DNA from: an uncultured Flavobacteriales bacterium
GTDB lineage: Bacteria; Bacteroidota; Bacteroidia; Flavobacteriales; BACL11
DNA: 64,000 bases
Assembly (NCBI GenBank): GCA_943788405.1
Contig: CALSQD010000002.1
Span: 1,133,701-1,197,700 of the forward strand
Reading direction: 5' to 3'
Shown: positions 28,701 to 37,289 of the stretch, piece after piece
How the letters are laid out: each line of letters starts with the position of its first letter
Position numbering within the stretch: the first letter of the stretch is position 1
Translations under genes and position numbers: made by a program
Notes under the pieces: model-generated
What the model was told of the DNA's origin: nothing
The model's database searches: none
The model's input: the letters and a program-made list of their open reading frames with translations, nothing else

Positions 28701-29333
28701 GAGTGTGACGGAACAGCTACTGCAAGTGTAAATGGTGGGACAACTCCCTACATATATGACTGGGGAGGTGCTAATCCAAATAACTTATGTGCTGGATTAT
28801 ACAACCTAGTTGTAACTGATATAAACGGTTGCTTAACTGCTAGTTCTACTACAATTAGTGAACCTAACCCTGTAATTATAAATATTTGGCAAAATGGAAA
28901 TACCATTGAAGCCACTCCTGGTTTTATTAATTACCAATGGTATGATGCTAATGGAAATCCAATAAATGGTGCTATAAATGACACTTTTATTCCTACTGTT
29001 CAGGGAGAGTATAGTGTTGAAGTAGTGGATACTAACGGTTGTATCGCAACATCTTACAGCATACTTATTCTTATTGACTTTATAGGTGAGAGTGAGAGTG
29101 AACTCACTATTTACCCTAACCCTACTAAAGGAAATTTAACAATAAAATCTACTAAGGAATTAACGAGTATTTCAGTAATAAATTCACTAGGAAACCAATT
29201 AATTTTTATTGATAATAATATTGCTTTTGAAAAGCAAACAAGCATTGATTTGTCTACTTTTGCAAAAGGAATTTATTTTATACGAATTGAATTAAATAAT
29301 CAGTTAATTAACCACAGGATAATACTTCAATAA
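22719..29333 (+). CDS. Giant (2204 aa) SprB-repeat adhesin with N-terminal FN3-like domain, internal GEVED-like domain and T9SS type A C-terminal sorting domain
   Basis: Signal peptide. FN3-like APSNLNVSSVNSTDAIMNWDNNGC..YILRYRE.G...W. At least 20 SprB-type repeats (C.G..DG........GG..PY...W). CTD LTIYPNPTKGNLTIKS...ISVINSLGNQLI...LSTFAKGIYFIRIEL.NQLINHRIILQ. Confidence 0.9.
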   Translation: MKKILLSLITIFYLNSNTYSQAPSNLNVSSVNSTDAIMNWDNNGCSSNYILRYRENGNTTWNPGISITNTGGTETYNLTGLTQSKTYNWKVKCGGTWSLGTDFTTTSSCSKTINQSLTAFSPNPLTGYMQWSFDTLSITNTSICDINIRPEFIISHQDSAIEQGDFTIKWYNPIIGNWPDIPYSIDINGNAYGFWSASSADSTGINLGTGSTQQMIIKLRYTNATNNPNSNLAPFGTYTASWEIFEVDNLGTQIQSLAPADTTFLDLVDCSIFTIDSTSFADNNCNGSSGGTASIHTITNGSGQYTYNWNNGQIGSTATNLVAGTYSCIVTDNNWGCSDSATFIITEPAVLGTTLTGSHITCSGSNDGTLTATATGGSGSYKFTWSPSLPPNPTQSGLLSGLYTLTVLDLVCGGTSSANFDINEPDPLQETAISIDNSSCDTNNCNGSIDLSITGGTTPYSIIWSNGDSVSLKSDLCADNYSITITDANACATFTENITLVDNLSTPSIAITTTNNSSCDTSICNGSISITENPGATPYSILWSNGSSLNTLSGLCGNSYSFTITDTNTCSITNTIAIYDSATTPNIGIASTSISCNGLSNGTAEAMILSGAGGAGNTSTLVYCASLPFFNDKSNIELVRLIGDGDSIINNTATLADQYEDYTAQYTTLSPNQTYSLDLSMGVYNNNTGSSWSAGAKAFIDWNIDGDFDDAGEEIGTISNIVTSTPNLSTLTFTVPNYGIYGATRLRVVSQYNNDAFGPCEAAAAPTYTPYYGATEDYSIVINGTTPATYLWSTGDTTSQIANLSAGTYTCTVTDTNGCFAIDSVSITEPTIISTLESTTNVLCNGENNGTVSLAILGGNAPYTINWGTADTNNLSAGTHNYTVTDNNGCTFSDSININSPNALSNTHTSVNVNCNGATNGSIDITPAGGVSPYTFSWDNGASTEDLTAISAGQYIVTITDANNCTFNDTIIITEPTLLYSSFTQTNVSCYGFNDGSATVSFFGGVTDYTLSWDTLTYPLIGGLSVFSTPVGVPAGIYPYMVTDNNGCTHADTINITQPDSIYTTTTLINVSCNGLSDGTAILNILGGTSPYLENWGASDSTALNSGHHTFTITDANGCIANDSILITEPLALTASENISNVSCNGGNDGNVTIIISGGTSPYLENWGGFDSTALAIGSYIYTVTDANACTYTNTISITEPNALTAIATTTDVLCNGDSTGTATLTINGGTPNYSETWNGASPFNLLANMYTFTVTDANGCSFSNSVIINEPTPLISSITPTDLTSCLVTNGSIDLTVNGGVGLYTYLWNNNDTTEDITNLSAGNYTVTISDTNGCTTTNSASVNQPSNGLSLSLISPDYNGYNISCYNGNNGTITANTTGGLGNLAFAWSTNDTLQNLNNLTAGNYSLMITDSVGCSLTDSITLTEPSQLSSVYTSTDASCFGVSDGGAMVNFSGGIQDYTLVWGTYTYPLIGGISTFITPIGVPAGIYPYTVTDMNGCSHSDTITINQPDSLYTSLIISNYNGNNISCNGFSDGSIEIQANGGTNSYTYYFNGALITNTTISGLVAGTYTDSIIDNNGCVFTETITLTEPTLLSSLLSTSNMSCNGICDGTITPQVNGGTATYSFLWNNSFTTSNIDSLCSGTYTLIITDNNSCTLTDSTVITEPSEIVISLDSSANVTFYGGNDGALFTTTYGGVNSFTHLWAGPAGFSASTLSINNLIAGTYYLTTTDSTLCSATDSFEITQPPSLTAYLDSTISLECNGICTGELYITADGGDSVYTYLWFGPNGYTSTDEDIDSLCAGTYTLELSDTTNTVTLYFEVLEPTPVTIVSIADTAICYKGTAQANAYVYGGNYPYQTLWSNGSTNTSTILPAGIHFVSITDANGCVANDSVTVHQADSISIITSVINVSCYGLQDGEITLTITNGGTAPYQYSANNGINYQPSNTFYNLAAGTADYLVSDANGCSNTITAIINQPEELGCIINTTNSSCYGECDGTATASVNGGTTPYIYDWGGANPNNLCAGLYNLVVTDINGCLTASSTTISEPNPVIINIWQNGNTIEATPGFINYQWYDANGNPINGAINDTFIPTVQGEYSVEVVDTNGCIATSYSILILIDFIGESESELTIYPNPTKGNLTIKSTKELTSISVINSLGNQLIFIDNNIAFEKQTSIDLSTFAKGIYFIRIELNNQLINHRIILQ
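24586..25070 (+). other. GEVED-like domain inserted among the SprB repeats
   Basis: YCAS...QYEDYT...AFIDWNIDGDFDDAGEEIG...GATRLRVVSQYN....PCE.....YGATEDYSIVING, the pattern typical of the Bacteroidota GEVED domain. Confidence 0.55.
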
Positions 29334-29374
29334 TTTTTCATAATTTGGCAAACAGAATAGAAAACATTAAAAAA

Positions 29375-30949
29375 ATGATAAAAAGAACATTATTTTCAGT
29401 TGCAATTTTACTTTTTGCAGTATCAAACATAGCTAATGCAGCTATAATTGACACTACAAAAATAGCTGATTTAGTAGCTTATACTTGGAGCCCTATATCT
29501 GATGTAGATAAGGTAATGCAGTACGAAAACACAAAAGATATTACTAAGCGATCTATTGACCAATCAAAACTTGCTGGGGACCATTATTCTGCTGCTGTAG
29601 AATTGATGAATAAAAAGGATTACTCTGCTGCTATCAATGAGTTCAAAAGCGCAATGAAAAGATATAAAAGAGCAAAATTAAGTGATGATGCCTTAAATTT
29701 CCTTAGAGCAAATATGGCTCTAAGCTATGCAAGCACTGGAAACAAAGAGGATTATGCAGTAAGTAAACGCTATCTTGACTTAATTACTTCTAAAGCTTAT
29801 AACGACACAAAATGGACTTACAATATCGCAATTGCGCATCATAAAGTTGGAAATAACAATGAAGCAGCTTCTTTATTAAGTTCAGCAATTCGAAAAAATG
29901 AATTTTACTTTCAAGCTTATATAACTTTAGAGGCTATTTACAGGAATTCTGGCAATGACAATGATGCAGATAAAGTAATTGACAGAATGCAAACTGCTGA
30001 AGCTAAATTAATTCAAAAAGAACAAAAAATAGCTACTGCAAAAAAAGAAAATAAGGTAAACAAAAAGAAAAAAGAAGGTGTTTTCGTACCTAAGGGTGAG
30101 CGCCCTGATGTAACAAATCTAAAAATTGTAAAAAAAGATAATCATCTTCAATTCAATAAAATAAATAAAATTGACGAAAGAAGTATGATTCAGATACAAG
30201 AAGGGATTGGAGAATACAACCTTGGTGTAAAAGCATTAAGCAATAAAGAATATAAGACTTCACAAACACATCTTAAAAATACTGAAAAAAGATTAAAAAG
30301 AGGAAAAATAACTGAGGACGGCTTAAATTTTGCAAGAGGAAATTTAGCAATATCCTATCTTGCAACTGGTGAAAAAAGAGGGATTGGGCAAGCTAAAAGA
30401 TATTTAAAGTACCTAACGCCTAAAATTTACAAAACAAGAGAATGGACATATAACATGGCTGTCGCTCACTATACATTTGCAAGCAAATCTAGAGGAACTA
30501 CAAAAGAAGAGTACATGAAAAAAGCAATTAATCTTTTCAGAACCTCTATCAAACAAGATAAATTATTTTTACCTGCTTACCAAAATTTAATTTACATCTT
30601 CCGTGAAGAAAAGGAAGATAAAAAAGCGTTAAGCACTCATAAGAGCTATGAAAAAGCTAGAGGACAACTAATGAAATCATTTAGTAAGCAAGATCAAATA
30701 GCACAAGGTGGAGATCCTTATATTTTCCGAGTTAACTTAGGAACTTTTGGGGAATTTAACACTCCTGCTGATTTGTTTGAAGAAGATTACTTAATTACTG
30801 TCCCTGTAACTGAACAAAAAACTGCTTACCTTGCAGGGATGTTCTACACACTTGATGAAGCTATTGCTTATCAGAAATCAATGAAGAAAGACGGATATAT
30901 TACTTCCTTTATTGTTGCCTTTAAAGATGGTGAAAAACTAGAATTTTAA
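29375..30949 (+). CDS. Secreted protein with two duplicated TPR-like modules, a Lys-rich linker and a C-terminal SPOR-like domain
   Basis: The track start is TTG 29345, but ATG 29375 gives a signal peptide MIKRTLFSVAILLFAVSNIANA. Two roughly 190-aa halves align (RAKLSDDALNFLRANMALSYASTGNKE...TKWTYNIAIAHH versus RGKITEDGLNFARGNLAISYLATGEKR...REWTYNMAVAHY). The C-terminal YIFRVNLGTFGEF...AYLAGMFYTLDEAIAYQKSMKKDGY..SFIVAFKDGE resembles a SPOR fold. Confidence 0.7.
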   Translation: MIKRTLFSVAILLFAVSNIANAAIIDTTKIADLVAYTWSPISDVDKVMQYENTKDITKRSIDQSKLAGDHYSAAVELMNKKDYSAAINEFKSAMKRYKRAKLSDDALNFLRANMALSYASTGNKEDYAVSKRYLDLITSKAYNDTKWTYNIAIAHHKVGNNNEAASLLSSAIRKNEFYFQAYITLEAIYRNSGNDNDADKVIDRMQTAEAKLIQKEQKIATAKKENKVNKKKKEGVFVPKGERPDVTNLKIVKKDNHLQFNKINKIDERSMIQIQEGIGEYNLGVKALSNKEYKTSQTHLKNTEKRLKRGKITEDGLNFARGNLAISYLATGEKRGIGQAKRYLKYLTPKIYKTREWTYNMAVAHYTFASKSRGTTKEEYMKKAINLFRTSIKQDKLFLPAYQNLIYIFREEKEDKKALSTHKSYEKARGQLMKSFSKQDQIAQGGDPYIFRVNLGTFGEFNTPADLFEEDYLITVPVTEQKTAYLAGMFYTLDEAIAYQKSMKKDGYITSFIVAFKDGEKLEF

Positions 30950-32355
30950 TAATCCTGAAAAGTTGAGAATAGAAAAGTTCTAATTCCTAAGGAATACCAT
31001 AAAGAAGTCTGATCTACTAGGTCAGACTTTTTCTTTTTATAGAAAACAGAACCAAAAACATCAAACCAGCCAAGTGAATAAGTAACTTCAGTATGTAAAG
31101 TATTAATTTGGGTGAAAACCCCTTGCCCATTATAATTTCCATAAGAAGTTTGACCACCAGTACTTGCCGCATAGTCTGATTCAAATATATTTTGTCCATA
31201 ATGTGTCCCTAATGAATCTAAACCAACTTTAGCTAAGGTTAATTTAGCGATAAACTTCCACTTTTCTTTACTGTAATTTGCAAGTGCAACTACCTCTTTA
31301 AAATTAGCCCCAAGCGGATGAGCTAAGGCTTGATTCATATGTGAATAGTTCTGTAAGATTGTTCTGTGTCCATAAGTATAGGGCTGAATTTGGTTATACT
31401 CTAAAAGAAAATTTAATTTCTTAATATTAGCTTTAACCCCTATTTGTAAAGCAAATTTATTCTGAAAAAATCCCTCTTCATAATCTTCATCCCTGTCTTT
31501 TTGACGTGATATATTTAAATCATCCAACATTGCCTGCCCATAAAAGGTTGTTTTATTAAAAGTAGCATTAAAGTTTGCTCCCATTAAAGCATTTCCCTTA
31601 TTTGATTGCATTGAAAACTCCACAGGTCTATAAAAGATAATCGGATTCATGTATGCAAATTCATATCCCTTATCAATATTTTCAGATTTTGATTGCCATA
31701 AAATTGATTCAAACACACCAAAATGAATATTCTTTGTAATAGAAAAATCTAAGTAATGGATAGAAGCATGTTTCTTTCTTCCAACATCAATCATTTGAGA
31801 GTTAATAAAAGTAGTGTATAGATTATAATACCTCAATCTTCCAAATTCAGTAGTTAATTTTAAATAGGGATAAGGAGAATGTTCAGCTGACAATAACAAG
31901 GAACGATAACCATTACCAATAAAATGTTTTCCATTTCCTAAATCAGCAGTAATAAACTTATTTATTTTATATTTTATATTGGCCTGCCACCTTTTATTAT
32001 CTGCACCAAAACCAGGAAAAATAAGCAATGAATCTTGATATTCATTTATTAATGAATTATGATTTCCTGATAAATAATCAAAATGAGAACTGAAAGTTAT
32101 TTTATTTCTAATATTAGCAGATAAGGTTACACCAACTAAATAGGTACTTGCAAAATCGGATTTACTAGCTGAACCAATTCCGAAAAATCTTGAACCTGCA
32201 CTAAAGTGTTGAGTTGTATCAGAATCACAACTAGCAATCGAATCAGAATAAAAATTAGAAAAAGGTTTATTAACTGCTGATTGAAATGTAGTTATTTGCC
32301 CATTTGCACAAACAGGAAAAAATAATATTAAGCAATATTTAAAAAGCGTTTTCAT
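30946..32355 (-). CDS. Outer-membrane beta-barrel protein of unknown function, last gene of the glycan locus (possibly Wzi-like or porin-like)
   Basis: Signal peptide MKTLFKYCLILFFPVCANGQ from ATG 32355 (the track lists 32370). Alternating aromatic/polar beta-strand pattern. C-terminal ...LFSTFQDY. The family assignment is not verified. Confidence 0.6.
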   Translation of the reverse strand: MKTLFKYCLILFFPVCANGQITTFQSAVNKPFSNFYSDSIASCDSDTTQHFSAGSRFFGIGSASKSDFASTYLVGVTLSANIRNKITFSSHFDYLSGNHNSLINEYQDSLLIFPGFGADNKRWQANIKYKINKFITADLGNGKHFIGNGYRSLLLSAEHSPYPYLKLTTEFGRLRYYNLYTTFINSQMIDVGRKKHASIHYLDFSITKNIHFGVFESILWQSKSENIDKGYEFAYMNPIIFYRPVEFSMQSNKGNALMGANFNATFNKTTFYGQAMLDDLNISRQKDRDEDYEEGFFQNKFALQIGVKANIKKLNFLLEYNQIQPYTYGHRTILQNYSHMNQALAHPLGANFKEVVALANYSKEKWKFIAKLTLAKVGLDSLGTHYGQNIFESDYAASTGGQTSYGNYNGQGVFTQINTLHTEVTYSLGWFDVFGSVFYKKKKSDLVDQTSLWYSLGIRTFLFSTFQDY

Positions 32356-33733
32356 CCCCCTTAAATACATTCCAAACTGTATGAAAAATAATATTTATAT
32401 CTACCGATAAGGACCAGTTCTCAATATACCAAACATCCAAACGGATGCGCCCTTCCATATCCTTTAATTCCTTAGTTTCTCCTCTATATCCTTTTACTTG
32501 AGCAGCACCTGTAATACCTGGTTTTACTAACTGACGCACCATATACTTATTAATCAAAGCGGAATACTCCTCAGTATGCACTAACATATGCGGTCTTGGC
32601 CCTACTATTGACATATCCCCCATAAACACATTAATAAATTGTGGGAATTCATCTAAAGATGACTTCCTTAGGAAAGCACCAATCTTAGTTATACGAGCAT
32701 CTCCTTTACTAGCTTGCTTAATATCTGCATCAACACTTTGTGTCATAGATCGAAATTTATAACACATAAATTCCCTGTTATCTACTCCAGAACGAGCTTG
32801 TTTAAACAATACTGGACCTTTAGATGACAATTTAATCAAAATGGCAATAAGCGGATATAGCCAACTCAAAACAAATACAATTACCAAAGATGAAAACAGA
32901 ATGTCAAATACTCGTTTTACAAAACGATTTGTAATATCTGTAAGTGGTTCTGCCCTTAAAGTTACTACTGGCACATCATCAAAAAAGTCAATATTTACAC
33001 GCTTAAACAAAAAACCTCTAAAATCAGGAACCACTTTGAATCTAATCATATTCTTATCACAAAAATCTACCAAGGCTTTAATCTTTTGTGTGTAGGTTAA
33101 TGGCATAGTGTAATAAATCTCATCAATTTCTTTATCCAAAGCAAAAGCTTCAAATTCATCCAAATTTCCTGATTTAATTTTATCCTTTATATCAAATGAA
33201 ATTGTACTATCTGAAAAAACGCCTTTAACTCTAACTCCTAACACATCATCTGACATAAAGTAAGTATATAATTGCTCAGCAACCTCACCCCCACCAATAA
33301 TAATTACTCGCTTATAGTTAAATCCTGATTTTCTAAAAATGTAAATTAACTTAATAGCAGAATAACGCCACAACATTATTAAAGCAAAAAGTAACACATA
33401 AGTTGCATACAAATGCTCTCTTGAAAATTCAGAAGCTTTTAAAGAAAATAAAATGGCAGAAATAATAAAAGCATTGAAAATAAAGGCTTTAAACAAGTTA
33501 AACAGAACCCTATCTAACCTTCTTAATCGCTTCAATTCATACAACTGAATAAACAAAGCAACCAATATCCAAATTGCATTAAATATGATAAATAAAAACT
33601 TGTACTTATCAGAGAATATTAAAGTTTCAAACTTTAAATAATAAGTAAGTAAAAATGCAAAATTGACAATAAATAAATCACCTATAAAGTGAATTGCCCA
33701 AAAATATCGTGAATATCCTTTCATGTACTGCAA
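32339..33733 (-). CDS. Large polyprenyl-phosphate hexose-1-phosphate transferase (WbaP/WcaJ-type initiating phosphoglycosyltransferase)
   Basis: Four to five N-terminal TM helices, a central Rossmann-like segment, and a C-terminal bacterial sugar transferase domain: KRVFDILFSSLVIV...SKGPVLFKQARSG...F.CYKFRSM...DARITKIGAFLRKSSLDEFPQFINVF.GDMSIVGPRPH...KPGITGAAQV. Confidence 0.85.
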   Translation of the reverse strand: MQYMKGYSRYFWAIHFIGDLFIVNFAFLLTYYLKFETLIFSDKYKFLFIIFNAIWILVALFIQLYELKRLRRLDRVLFNLFKAFIFNAFIISAILFSLKASEFSREHLYATYVLLFALIMLWRYSAIKLIYIFRKSGFNYKRVIIIGGGEVAEQLYTYFMSDDVLGVRVKGVFSDSTISFDIKDKIKSGNLDEFEAFALDKEIDEIYYTMPLTYTQKIKALVDFCDKNMIRFKVVPDFRGFLFKRVNIDFFDDVPVVTLRAEPLTDITNRFVKRVFDILFSSLVIVFVLSWLYPLIAILIKLSSKGPVLFKQARSGVDNREFMCYKFRSMTQSVDADIKQASKGDARITKIGAFLRKSSLDEFPQFINVFMGDMSIVGPRPHMLVHTEEYSALINKYMVRQLVKPGITGAAQVKGYRGETKELKDMEGRIRLDVWYIENWSLSVDINIIFHTVWNVFKGDENAF

Positions 33734-33752
33734 AAATACACCTTAAGAGAGT

Positions 33753-34832
33753 TTAAGATAAATACCAAGCATATATCTTTTCAACACCTTTATTAAGAGA
33801 TACGGTATGCTTCCATCCTAAAGCATTTAATTTAGAAACATTGGTTAATTTTCGCATAGTACCATCAGGTTTTGAAGCGTTAAACTTAAAATTTCCTGCG
33901 TAACCAACACATTTCTTTATCTGCTCAGCCAACTCCTTTATTGAGATATCAATTCCTGTTCCAATATTGATATGTGTATTCTTAACCTCTTTCTCTTCTG
34001 CAGAAAAAGTATGTTTAAAATCTCTATTTTCTAACAAAAATACACAAGCATCTGCCATATCTTCTGACCATAAAAACTCGCGTTTAGGCTTACCACTACC
34101 CCAAATTTCAATCTCGCCTTCTTTAACTCCATACTTAGCTAAAACTTCCAAAATACTTTCTTTTGAAGATGAACCAACCACCCCTTCAATCGGGTGCTTA
34201 TCTAAATCTATCTTTAGTGCTTCCCAATCCTTATTTTCAAGGCATTTCCCTAAATGAATTTTACGAATCAAAGCTGGTAACACATGGGATTTTTCTAAAT
34301 CAAAATTATCGTTTGGTCCATATAAATTAGTCGGCATTACTGAAACAAAGTTCGTTCCATATTGCAAATTATAACTCTCACACATTTTTATTCCAGCTAT
34401 CTTAGCAATTGCATAAGGCTCGTTAGTATACTCTAAAGTTGAGGTAAGTAAACTATCCTCTGGCATAGGTTGGGGAGCATCTTTAGGATAGATACAAGTA
34501 CTTCCTAAAAACAATAATTTCTTAACACCCTGCAAATACGATTGATGAATCACATTGTTCTGAATCATCATATTTTCGTAAATAAAATCAGCACGATAAG
34601 TATTATTTGCAACAATACCACCCACTTTTGCTGCTGCTAAAATCACATATTCAGGCTTTTCTTTTGCAAAAAATTTCTCAACTTCATGCTGATTGATTAA
34701 ATCTAATTCAGCATGGATTTTGAAAACTAAATTCGTATATCCTTTTGAAATTAAATTATTTACAATTGCAGACCCCACCAGCCCTCTATGTCCTGCAATA
34801 TAGATTTTACTGTCTTTTTTCATCTTACTCAA
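33753..34832 (-). CDS. fcl: GDP-L-fucose synthase (GDP-4-keto-6-deoxymannose 3,5-epimerase/4-reductase)
   Basis: [55 protein letters not shown]. Overlaps gmd by 8 nt. Confidence 0.85.
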   Translation of the reverse strand: MSKMKKDSKIYIAGHRGLVGSAIVNNLISKGYTNLVFKIHAELDLINQHEVEKFFAKEKPEYVILAAAKVGGIVANNTYRADFIYENMMIQNNVIHQSYLQGVKKLLFLGSTCIYPKDAPQPMPEDSLLTSTLEYTNEPYAIAKIAGIKMCESYNLQYGTNFVSVMPTNLYGPNDNFDLEKSHVLPALIRKIHLGKCLENKDWEALKIDLDKHPIEGVVGSSSKESILEVLAKYGVKEGEIEIWGSGKPKREFLWSEDMADACVFLLENRDFKHTFSAEEKEVKNTHINIGTGIDISIKELAEQIKKCVGYAGNFKFNASKPDGTMRKLTNVSKLNALGWKHTVSLNKGVEKIYAWYLS

Positions 34833-35943
34833 AGTAATTCATAACAGTATAACCCCCATCTTTCAGATATTGATCTTTAGTCATCAATTTTAAATCTGAC
34901 TCCATCATTTCCTTAATTAATTGCTCTAAGTCATATTCAGGGATCCAGCCTAACTTAGTATTTGCTTTTGTTGGGTCTCCAATCAATAAATCAACCTCAG
35001 TTGGCCTAAAATACCTAGGATCAACAGCAACAACTTCTTTTCCAACCTCAACCTGATATTTAGGATTTGAACAAGAAACTACAACTCCTATCTCATTTTC
35101 ACCTTCACCTTTAAATGCTAATATTATTCCTGCATTTGCAAAAGCTATTTTCACAAAATCACGTACTGTAGTAGTTTTACCAGTTGCAATCACCCAATCC
35201 TCAGCAACATCTGTTTGTAATATCATCCACATCATCCGCACATAATCCTTTGCATGCCCCCAATCCCGCTTAGCGTCAAGGTTACCTAAATACAATTTAT
35301 CTTGTAAATTAAGTGCAATTTTTGATGCTGCACGCGTAATTTTTCGCGTCACAAAAGTCTCACCCCTTACCGGTGATTCGTGATTAAATAAAATTCCATT
35401 GCAAGCAAACATACCGTAAGCCTCTCTGTAATTTTTAGTCGTCCAAAACGCAAATAATTTTGCTACTCCATACGGGCTTCTTGGGTAAAAAGGGGTCGTT
35501 TCTGACTGAGGAACTTCCTGTACTTTTCCAAATAATTCAGAGGTTGAGGCTTGATAAACTTTAGTTTTATCTGTTAATCCTAATAAACGAATAGATTCTA
35601 ATATTCTAAGAGCACCGACACCATCAGTATTTGCAACATATTCAGGAATTTCAAATGAAACATGTACATGACTCATTGCCGCCAAATTATAGATTTCATC
35701 TGGCTGTACTTCCTTTATGATTTTTGTCAAATTCATAGAATCTGTCATATCACCATAATGCAAAATCAAATTTCTATTTTCGATATGAGGATCCTGATAA
35801 AGATGTTCAATCCTATCCGTATTAAAAGAAGATGCCCTTCTTTTTATTCCATGAACTTTATACCCTTTCTTTAATAAGAACTCGGCAAGATAAGAACCAT
35901 CTTGACCTGTAATACCTGTAATTAATGCTATTTTATGTTTCAT
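34825..35943 (-). CDS. gmd: GDP-mannose 4,6-dehydratase
   Basis: [101 protein letters not shown]. Confidence 0.92.
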   Translation of the reverse strand: MKHKIALITGITGQDGSYLAEFLLKKGYKVHGIKRRASSFNTDRIEHLYQDPHIENRNLILHYGDMTDSMNLTKIIKEVQPDEIYNLAAMSHVHVSFEIPEYVANTDGVGALRILESIRLLGLTDKTKVYQASTSELFGKVQEVPQSETTPFYPRSPYGVAKLFAFWTTKNYREAYGMFACNGILFNHESPVRGETFVTRKITRAASKIALNLQDKLYLGNLDAKRDWGHAKDYVRMMWMILQTDVAEDWVIATGKTTTVRDFVKIAFANAGIILAFKGEGENEIGVVVSCSNPKYQVEVGKEVVAVDPRYFRPTEVDLLIGDPTKANTKLGWIPEYDLEQLIKEMMESDLKLMTKDQYLKDGGYTVMNYFE

Positions 35944-36068
35944 TATTTAAAATTTAGGGTAAAAGTAGAAAATATTATTTATTATAAATTTGAAGAAGTA
36001 CAAATCACACTAATCATTGATAATAATTTGCAAAAAAATAGCTGACCATTAAGAAATCTCATTATTTT

Positions 36069-37289
36069 TTAATCATCTTTAGCATTAATATGATCTAGAA
36101 AAGAATTTCTTAACACATCAAAATTATGATAGTTTTTAATATACTGATAACCATTTTCCCCAATAGATTCTAGCAATTCATTATCATTTAAAATTCTTAA
36201 CATAGAATCATTTGTTATCTCATTATTATTTAAAATAAATATATCTTTATAATCCTTTGTATTTAGACCTTCACTCCCAACCGTATTAGTGAGAACAGGA
36301 ATTCCATACGACATACAATCTAACACTTTTGTTTTTATTCCTGTTCCAAATGAAATTGGCATTAGAGCTAACTTAATCGACCGTAAGGTTTCCTCTAAAT
36401 TATCAACAAACCCTAATAACTCAATATTACTATTTTTATAGGTTAACTCTTCTATAGTATCATCATATTTGCCTACAACAAAGAACTTATAGTTAAATCT
36501 AAATTTAGGTAATATTTCATTAACTATCATCTCTAGAGATGATTTATTTTGAGCTGTAAGCATGTTGCCAATAAAAAGTAGATTATTACATTTCACATTT
36601 TTCTCATAAAGATTCTCTCTAGGTTTAATAGCCTGAGTATTTGTGTAAATATTGTGGCTATTTGTTTTCATAATTAAATGATCTTTTTCTTTTTCTGACA
36701 CTAGAAAACAACTATCATATTTCTCTACAATTTCTATTTCTCTATTCCCTATCTTCTTTGACTCATACTCTAAAATAATATTTTTTAATATTTTCCCGAC
36801 TACATTCCTTATAAAGGACGGCACTACACTTGAAAACGTTCCAAATATTGAGCTTTCTTTTTGGCTTATAAATCTTTGATATCTTATCGAAAGGAGATCA
36901 TCTATATCAATAACTTTATAAATATCATAATTCTCAATGTATTGTGATGTTCTGATCATATCTACATAAACTAGTTCTGGCTGTATTTTATCAATAATTT
37001 TATCAACCATCCCTAAATTAGATCTACTATAAAATAAATTCTCCTGTAAAGAAAAATACCTTCTGAAAGCAATATTATATAACAATTCAATCTTTGAAGG
37101 AAACCTAAGTTGATAGCTATTAAGGCTTCTTTTATCAAACTCATTCTTATCTAACTTATTCTTTGAAAAATATAAGATTGTTAAATCATAAAATCCATCT
37201 AAAAAATCAATTGTTTGAGAAAGTATAGACTCTCTTCCCCCATTAACAGGGTAAGGACATCTAGTTAAAATCAATATTGCTTTTTTCAT
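36069..37289 (-). CDS. Glycosyltransferase (GT-B fold, GT4-like)
   Basis: C-terminal half has the typical GT4 pattern: LLFIGN...KLALMPISFGTGIKTKVLDCMSYGIPVLTNTVGSEGL. Confidence 0.7.
   Translation of the reverse strand: MKKAILILTRCPYPVNGGRESILSQTIDFLDGFYDLTILYFSKNKLDKNEFDKRSLNSYQLRFPSKIELLYNIAFRRYFSLQENLFYSRSNLGMVDKIIDKIQPELVYVDMIRTSQYIENYDIYKVIDIDDLLSIRYQRFISQKESSIFGTFSSVVPSFIRNVVGKILKNIILEYESKKIGNREIEIVEKYDSCFLVSEKEKDHLIMKTNSHNIYTNTQAIKPRENLYEKNVKCNNLLFIGNMLTAQNKSSLEMIVNEILPKFRFNYKFFVVGKYDDTIEELTYKNSNIELLGFVDNLEETLRSIKLALMPISFGTGIKTKVLDCMSYGIPVLTNTVGSEGLNTKDYKDIFILNNNEITNDSMLRILNDNELLESIGENGYQYIKNYHNFDVLRNSFLDHINAKDD

Noticed and set aside
14316-29333. Regularly spaced repeats that might superficially suggest a CRISPR-like or satellite array.
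   Set aside because: All of the periodicity is in-frame protein repeat structure (SprB repeats and NYD/GDGWNG modules) inside uninterrupted ORFs. There is no repeat-spacer organisation and there are no cas genes.
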